From assembly GCA_036399695.1 (NCBI GenBank), contig DASWMP010000008.1, positions 1-63,193 on the forward strand: 63,193 bases of DNA, given 5' to 3'. The DNA comes from Thermoanaerobaculia bacterium (GTDB taxonomy: Bacteria; Acidobacteriota; Thermoanaerobaculia; Gp7-AA8). Positions 12,001 to 21,000 of this stretch are shown piece after piece. Every line of letters starts with the position of its first letter. The first letter of the stretch is position 1. A program made the translations under genes and the position numbers. The notes under the pieces are model-generated. The model ran no database searches. It was not told the origin of the DNA and was given only the letters and a program-made list of their open reading frames with translations.

Positions 12001-15000
12001 TGCTCGCCGATGATCATGTCGACGAGCTGCTCGACCTGACGGAGCTCGCCCAGATCCACGCGGCGGTAGCTCGCGCGCCTCTTGTTCGCGCCGAGCGCAT
12101 CGAGGAGCGCCTGCTTCTGCGGTGTGAGCGGGGAGCGCCCGGTCAGCACGACGCGCGAGCCGGCGGTGCGCTCGAGGATCTCTTTGGCGAAGACGAGGCC
12201 CAGCGCGCCGAGGCCGCCGGTGATGAGATAGACGCCCCGATCTTTGAACGCTGCCGCGGCTGCCGGTGAGGACGGAATCTCTTCCCAGCGCAGCACCTGC
12301 CGCCGTCCGCCGTCGTAGCGCACCACCGCGTCGGTGGCCGTCGTCTTCTCCGCTTCCAGCCAGCGCGCCAGATCCTCGGTAGACGTCTGCATGGGAGCGA
12401 GGAGGAGCTGACCGGTGAGGTTCGGATTCTCCAGGGCCGCCGTCTTCAGCAAACCGGAGAGGCCGGCGAAGACCGCCTGCTCCCCGTCGGCCGGTACGAC
12501 GATCTGCACGAGGACGCGGCCCTGCGGCTTCGCCTCCAGGATCGTGCGGATCTGCTCGAAGGAGCCGAGCGCGTACGCGGAGTAGCGCTCCGCCAGCCCA
12601 TCCGCGCCGCGCGCGTGCAGCGCGACGCACTCGGTGGTTAGCAGCAGGGCGGAAAGATCATCAATGTCCACGGCCGCCAGCTCACAAAGCGCCACTTGGT
12701 GAGCGGTGAACGGGGAACCCATAGGACCTGTGGGCTCAAGGGCTATCCCATGTGTCCCATTGGTCTCATCTGTCCCATCGTGCCTCGCATCCCTCCACGC
12801 CGGTACCGCCAGTATGGCGCCCGCCGCACTCGTAACCACCGCGCCGGCGCTCAGCTTGCGCGACGAGAGTCCCCGCATCTGCACGCAGACGTTCCCGCTC
12901 GCGTCGCACAGATCGAGATCGAACTTCACGACGTGATCGGCGGCGTGACTGCCGGCCGCGTAGCGGACCCACGCCACCATCTCGGTGGTGCAAGGCGCGA
13001 CGATCCGCAGCGTCTCCAGCGCGAACGGCAGGCGCGGCTCCCCTGCATCGCCGGCCAGCAGCCCGACGCACGACTGCATCCCGCTGTCCATGAGCGACGG
13101 ATGCAGGACGTACTCGCTCGCAATCTGTCCGGCAATCTCCGGCAGCCGTAGTTGCGCCAGCAATTGCCCGCTGCCGCGATGAATGTCCGTGACTCCGCGG
13201 AACGACGGTCCGTACAGGAGCCCCATCTGTCGCCAGGCCGCGTACAACCCGCCGGGCTCGAGGTGCGACGCCCCCATCTCCCGCCGGAGCTGCTCGATGT
13301 CGAGTCTCGCGGTTGCCGGTTCGCGGCTCAGGACCGCGCGGCCCTGGCAGTGCACGACCTCCGCGTCCCCCTCTCCGCTGTAGACCTCGAAGACGATCCG
13401 GTCCTGCTCGTCGGTCGCCAGAGCGATGCTGACCTGCCGCGCACCGTCGACGACGATCGGCTGCACCCAGACCACGTCCTGCAGCTCCAGCACGACACCG
13501 TCGGCACGCTTCGGCAGGGCCTGCTCGATGGCCGCCCGCGCCATCTCCAGGTAGGCCACGCCCGGCAGCACCTTACGCGCCGCCTCGCCGCTCGCCTGCA
13601 CCTGGTGATCGGCGAGGAAGAACTCGTCACCGGTGAACGTCGACCCATAGCGCTGCTCGCTGAGATCGGAGATGTTGCTGTGCAGCAGCGGGTGGATGAC
13701 GGCCGTGGCCTTACCGGCCGCCAGCGTGCGCTGCGCGGTGGGCTCGATCCAGTAACGCTCCTTCGCGAACGGATAGAGCGGCAGGAGGATCCGCCGCGGC
13801 CTGGCCTCGCCGTAGAACGCGTTCCAATCGAGCTCGATCCCGTTGACCCAGAGCTCCAGCAGCTTCGCCAGCTTCTTCTCGGCGCGCCATTTCTCGATGA
13901 CCGACTGCTGCAGGTCGGTGTCCTGGCTGATGATGCCGAGCGTCGCCTTCGTCCGCTTGCCTTCTCCGCGGAAGGCATCGGCGATCGGCTGTACGCCGTC
14001 GGCGTAAGCCTGCAGCTTCTCCGCGAGCTCGTCGATCGAGCTGACGACGAAGCCGAGACGCTCCTCCATCGGTTCCCGTCCAGCCTGGAGCGTGTACGCG
14101 AGCTCCGCGAGATCGAGCGACGCGGTCTCGCGGCGAACGAACGCCAACAGATCCAGCACCTTCTGCTTCAGTTGCTCGGCCGTGCGTGCCGACAACGGCA
14201 CGATCGTCTTCGCACCCGGCACCGCCGTCGCGGTCCGCCGCGCCACACCCGGTGGCGGCACGTACTCGCCGATGACGAGATGCACGTTCGTGCCGCTGAA
14301 GCCGAACGAGCTGATGGCCGACCGCCGCTTCTGTCCCGGCGCGGGCGTCCAGTCCTGCAGGCGGCCGTTGACGTAGAAGGGGCTGCCCGTCAGGTCGATG
14401 TGCTCGTTGACGCGCTCGAAGTTGACCGTCGGCGGAAGCTGTTTGTGCCGCAGCGCGAGGATCAGCTTCTGCACGCCGGCGATGCCGGCCGCGGTGAGGC
14501 AGTGACCAATGTTGCTCTTCACCGAGCCGAGGGCGCAGTACTGCTGCTCCTGGGTGTACTTGGCGAAGGCGTTCTTCAGCCCTTCCACTTCGATCGGGTC
14601 GCCCAGCTTCGTGCCGGTGCCGTGCGCCTCGATGAGCTGGATGCCGGCCGGATCGATGCCGTAGCGGTCGTAGACGTCCTGCTGGAGGCGCGTCTGCGAC
14701 TCAGGATTCGGCGCCGTGATGCCGTTGGTCTTGCCATCCTGATTGATGCCCCACCCTTCGATGACGGCGTGGATGATGTCGCCGTCGCGCTGGGCGTCGG
14801 CCAGCCGCTTGAGCAGCACGACGCCGACGCCTTCGCCCATGACGAAGCCGTTGGCGCGCTGATCGAACGTGTAGCACTGGCCGTCCGCCGAGAGCATCCC
14901 CGCCTGCGCCGTCTTGATGTGCATCTCCGGCCCGGCCATGACGTACACGCCGCCGGCCAGGGCGAGATCGCTGGCGCCCGAAAGCAGGCTGTCGCAGGCG

Positions 15001-18000
15001 TCGGCAATCGCCACCAGCGACGACGAACAGGCCGTGTCGATGGAGACGCAGGGGCCGCGCAGGTTCAGAAAGTAGGAAATGCGCGCCGCCAAGATCGACG
15101 TGGCATCCCCAGTGAACCCCTCGGCGCTGAGTTGCTGCGTCCGCGACAGCAGGTGGTAGTCGCCGAACGCGCAGCCGACGAACACACCGCACTTGCTGCC
15201 CGACAGCGACCGCGCGTCGTACCCGGCGCTTTCGATGCTGTGCCAGCAGGCCTGCAGAAACAGCCGCTGCTGCGGGTCGATGCTTTCCGCTTCCCTCGGC
15301 GAGATGTTGAAGAAGAGCGGGTCGAACCGGTCGTACTCCTCGAGCGCGCCGAGCCACCGGCTGTACGTCTTCCCGGCCACGGCGCCGCCCGGCTGGTAAT
15401 ACGCATCGAGGTCCCACCGCTCCGGCGATACCGGCGTGATGCAGTTGCGCCCGTCGGCGATGTTCTGCCAGAACTCCTCGAGGTTCTTCGCCCGCGGGAA
15501 CTGGCCGGCCAGGCCGATGACGGCGATCGGCTCGGCCGTCCGCGCGGCCGCCTGAGCCTTGCCGAAGCGGGACGCCGTGCCGCTGCGCCAGGAGGTGAGC
15601 TTCTGCGATGTGGCCGCGATCGGCGGCGTGGCCACGCCGGCACCCGGACGTGCGATCTCGAGCTTCGGCGCGGGCGCCACCACCGGCGCGGCGGCGGCAG
15701 GCGCCGCCTGCTCGCGCACGAGCGTCCCCTGCTTCTCCGCTTCCCCTTCGACGTAGCGGGCGAACTGGCTCAGCGTCGGGTAGCTGTAGATGCGCGTCGC
15801 TTCGATCGACGTGCGGTATTTCTCGTTGATTTTCCGGACCCAGGCCACGCCACCGATGGAATCGAGCCCCAGATCGATGAACTGGGTGTTGTCATCGATG
15901 TCGCTCTCCCGCATCTGCAGCTCGTTGGCGAGGAGCGTTCTGACTGTGGCGGAGACGTCCGTCTGTCCGGCTTGATGTGGGACAGACACTCCTGCCTGTC
16001 CTGCGTTCCCCTCATGTAGGACAGGCACTCCTGCCTGTCCCCCGTCGCCATGGACACCGTCACGATGGACAGGCAAGAGTGCCTGTCCTGCAACATCCTG
16101 CGCGGCGAAGTTCGTCTCGATCTGCGCCAGCGTTGCGGCCTTGCCGACGAACGTCTGCTCGTGCATGGCCAGCTCGCGGCGATACGTCTCCGCGAGCGGC
16201 TGCTGCATCGCGTCGCGGAACTGTTGCTTGAGGGCGATCAGATGGTGGCGCGGAGCGCGGGCAATCTTCCGGGCCAGAGCCAGCGCCGCGGGGACGACCT
16301 GATTGCGGGAGACGACCGGCAGCCGCACGCCTCTGGCGCGCAGCTCTCCGCCGGTGTATTGCTGCGCCGTCAGCAGGCTCTCTCGTGCGATGTCCTCGCC
16401 GAGCTTGTCGCCGATGATCCAGGTCGCGCCGGCGCCGGGCGTGAAACCGTAGTCCATGTAGGGGCTGACGTAGCGGCTCTCCTCGCTCAGCACGATGGCG
16501 TCGGCGAACATGCCCAGCGCCCAGCCGGCGCCGATGCCATGTCCCTGCATCGCGGCGATGACCGGGAGCGCACAGTCGAGCGGGAACTGGAACACCTTGA
16601 CGTCGGTGAAGCGCGCTTTGCCTTCGTGGATCGCCAGCAGCGTCTCTTTCGTCCCACCGGAGGCAAAGTAGCTGTCGAAGCCGGTCAGGATCACGACCTT
16701 GCAGGCCGGCATCCGCTCGATGTTCGCGAACGCCTCCTGCATCCCCTCCACCAGTGCTTCGGAGAACATGTTCTTCGCGACCCGGTCCTCCATCGTCACG
16801 ACGACGATGCCGTCCGGGTGCGCGGTGGCCGTGACGACGCTCGACTGCAGCGGGATGGGTGTGGCGGTCTTGACGTCCGCCGCTTCGAGCTCGGAGTCCG
16901 GCGGCGCAGGCGCCGCGCTGCTATCCATGTCGAAGAGCGGCTGCTGCGCCACCACACTCCGGGAGAGCGCAGCCGCAAGCTCCACGGCCGTCGAAAGCAC
17001 CTGGTCGTCGCCGGCCACGATCGCGCTGCCGGCGCGCTGTTGCAGCTCGGCACCGGAGTAGGCATCGCCGGTGAGCAGAAACTCACGGCCGGCATCGCTG
17101 CCGAAGCGGTGCGTGAACGCGGCGGCAGCAGCCGGAGCGAGGCCGGCGGCGGAGTATGTGCCGCTGCTGCTGTAGACCGTTGCGTGGCACAACTGGCCGA
17201 GGAGCCAGGCGTTCCCGCTGGCGTCCCCGTCGAAGGCGGCGACGACGGCAGACCGCGACGCCGCGAGCAGCGGCTGCAGCTCGAGGACGGCGCCGTACGA
17301 CAGGTCCGCGGGGATGCTGGCCAGAACGACGGCCCGGCCGTCGCCCTGCTGCTGCATCGCCGTCAGGAGGTCGCGGAGGCCCGGCACCACGTCCTTCGCC
17401 TGCACATCCGCGTCGAACCTGATGACCACGACGCCGTCGCCGCGCTCGGCGACGCGGATGTACGGCGACGGTGACGTCAGCGGCTGGGCAACCACGGCCG
17501 GCGCGGGCAGCGTCGCCTCGACGGCGCGCAAGGCGGCGACCGGAACGGCAACGTTGCGCGTCAGGTGCTGCTTCAGCAGGCGCAGAGCCTCGCGCGACTT
17601 CGTCGTCAGCGTCGCGGCCAGTTGCCGGGCGTACGTCTCGACGTCCGCCCGCGGCAGGACCGGGCAGGTCCACCCGCGGGCCTGCAACTCGCGTCCGGTC
17701 AGCGTCCGGGAGACGTACAGCAGGTCCTGCGCGCGCACGTGGCCGAAGCGGGCACTGAACAGCGCCAGCTCGGCCGCCGCGGGATGGAGCGCTTCCTGCG
17801 CATCGGTGAAGGCGTAGGCCGCCTCTTCGCTGCACACCATCAGACCGCACAGCGCGGCGGTCAGGAAGGAGGCGCCGAGCGTATCGCCGTGCAGGACGGC
17901 GATAACCGGGTACGGGAAGGACGCAAGGTCGCCGTAGAGACCCTGCGCGACGGCTTCGTCGTGGGTCTCGCGTCCGCGCGGCAGCGCCTGCTCCAGGCCG

Positions 18001-21000
18001 GCGATCAGCAGGACCTTCGTCGACGGATCGTCCTGCACCTTCGCCAGCGCCTGCTTCAACTGGGCGATGACGGTGCGCGGGCTGGACGACGGCTCGAGGC
18101 GGATCGAGAAGAGGCCCTGGCCGTCGTCGAACAGCCGGACGGCCGGCGCGACCGCGGCGGCCACGCGGAGCGCGGCATTGACCAGCGTGATGGGCGCGCG
18201 TCCGGCGGACGGTGCGGGCACGCTAGCGCCCGGAGTCGCCAGAGAGATCGAGGGACGTTTCTTTCGCTCCGGCGCCACGGAGACAGCTTCGACCGGCGGC
18301 AGGAACGTCACTTCCGTGCGAGCGGGCGTGGCGGTGGCGCGGGCCGGTAACGGCGCCGCGGCCGGAGCTGTGGGCTCCTCGACCGCCATGACCGGACTCG
18401 CGCCATGCTGCAGGACCGCGCGTCCCTGGCAGTGGACCGTCTCCCGCTCCCCTTCGCGGCTGTAGATCTCGAAACCGATCTCCTCTTCGTCGCGCGGCAG
18501 CAGGGCGATGCAGACTTCGATGGCGGGCGTGACGGCGACCGGCTCGCCCCAGGCCACGTCGTGCAGTTCCAGATGCGTATCGTCCGGAATCGTGGCCGCC
18601 CGCTCGATCGCGGCGCGGGCCATCTCCAGGCAGGCTTCCGGCGGAAGGAGGGTCTGCCCGTTGGCGCTGGTGCGGAGGAACGATTCGTCGCCGCTGAACG
18701 TCGAGCTGTAGCTCTGCTGCCGCAGGTCGGAGGTGTTGCGGTGCAGCAGCGGGTGGAGCACCGCGGCCGTGGCCTGCTTCGCCGGAGCCGGCGCGACGGG
18801 CGGCGGCAGCTCGATCCAGTAACGGTCGCGGGCGAAGGGGTAGACCGGCAGGCTGACGCGGCGCGGCGTGACGCCGCCGTACAGCTTCTTCCAGTCGACG
18901 TCGAGGCCTTTCACCCAGACGTCGACGAGCTTCGCGAGCTTGCGCGAGGCGATCCAGCGGTCGATGGTCTGCTGCAGGTCGGCGTCGTTGCTGAAGACCG
19001 ACAGCGCTTCCCGGTTGCGCTTTACCTGTCCTTCGTAGACGTCCTCGAGACCCTGCCGGCCGCTCACGTACGCCTGCAGCTTCTCGGCGAGCTGGCCGGC
19101 CGAGGTGACGACGAAGGCCAGCCGCTCGTCCATCGCTTCCCGGCCGGTCTGCAGCGTCCAGGCCGTGGCGGCCAGGTCGAGCGTGTCGATGCGCGGGCGG
19201 AGGTACGCGAGCAGGTCGGCCGCTTTCTGCCGCAGTTGCTCCGGCGTCCTCGCGGAAAGGACGACCACCGCTTCCGGCAGCGCGACCGTACGCGCCGCCG
19301 GAACCTGGTACTCCTCGACGATCAGGTGCGCGTTCGCGCCCCCGGCGCCGAATGAGGAAATGCCGGCGATGCGGGGCTGCGTCTGCCCGTCGATCACCGG
19401 CTGCGCCCAGGGCCGCACCTGCTGGTTGACGACGAACGGCGTCGCCGCAAAGTCGATGTGCGGATTCAGCTCCGCCGAATGGAGCGACGGCACCAGCTCC
19501 TGATGCTCCATCTGCAGCAGGACCTTCGTCAGGCCGGCGATGCCGGCGGCCGACTCGCAGTGGCCGATGTTCGACTTGGCCGAGCCGATCGGGCAGAAGC
19601 CGGCCTCCTTCGTGTACTGGCTGAAGGCCTTGGTCAGCGCGGCGATCTCGATCGGGTCGCCCAGCTTCGTCCCGGTGCCGTGCGCTTCGATGTAGCTGAC
19701 GTGGCGCGCGTCGGTCTTCGATTCCGAGAGTGCGCGGGCGATGGCGCTGGCCTGCGCCTGCGGATTCGGCACCGTGTAGCCGTTGGTCTTGCCGCCGTGA
19801 TTGAGGGCGCTGCCGCGGATGACGCCGTAGATGTGATCGCCGTCCCGCTCCGCCTCGGAGAGCCGCTTCAGCACGACCACCCCGACGCCCTCGCCCGGGA
19901 TGTAGCCGTCGCCGCCTTCGCCGAAGCTCTGGCAGTGGCCGTCGCTGGAGATGAACTGGCCGGCGCTCAGCATCAGGTACTTGTTCGGATGAATGCTGAC
20001 GTTGACGCCGCCGGCGATCGCCAGGCTGGTGCGCCCCTGTTTCAGGTCCTGACAGGCGATGTGGATGGCCGTCAGCGACGAGGAGCACATCGTGTCGAGC
20101 GCCATGCTCGGGCCGTGCAGGTTCAGCGCGTACGAAACACGGTTGGCGATGCTGGCGGCGCTGCTGCCGATGCCGAGACGGTTGCCATTCGTGCTGGCGT
20201 CGAGCCCGAGCAACTGGTACTCGGTGTACATCACGCCGACGTACACGCCGGCCTGGCCGGGCAGATCGCCGGCATGCGGTACCTGCAGCCCCGCGCGCGT
20301 GTAGCCCGCGTCCTCGATGGCCATCCAGGCGTGCTGCAGGAACAGCCGCTCCTGCGGATCGATGTGCTTCGCCTCTTTGGGGGAGATGTTGAAGAAGAGC
20401 GGGTCGAATTCGTCGACCCCGGCGATGAAGCCGCCCCACTTGCTGTAGTGGTAGCCGGGCTGGGTCCGGTCCTCGTTGTAGTAGGTGCGCCAGTCCCACC
20501 GTTCTTTCGGGACTTCGATGATGCAGTCCTTGCCGTCGCGCAGGTTCTGCCAGTAGGCCTGGAGGTCCACCGCCTCCGGGTAGCGGCCGCTCAAGCCGAT
20601 GATGGCGATGGGCTCATCCTGCGGCGCCGGCGCTTGCGCCGCCGGCGTGGCCGGATTGTCCGTGCGGCGGCGGGCGGAGCGGCGGTTCTCCCGGGAGGGG
20701 AAAACGATGGGACCGATGGGACCAATGGGACCTATGGGTTTTTCATTGGTCCCACCGGTCTTCGCGGCAAACAGCGTCTCCAGCCGCGCGGAGTGCGCCT
20801 GCGCAAAATACCGCGCCAGCTCGCTCAGCGTCTGGTACTCGAAGAAGAGCGTCTTCGAGAGCGCGCCGAACGTGAGCTCCAGGTGGCCCGTGAGCTTCAT
20901 CGCCAGGATCGAGTCGATGCCGTAGGTCTCCAGCGCGGCCTCGGGGTCGATGCGGTGGTACGGGAGCTTCAGCAGCTCCGCGGACTGGCGGCGGAGATAC

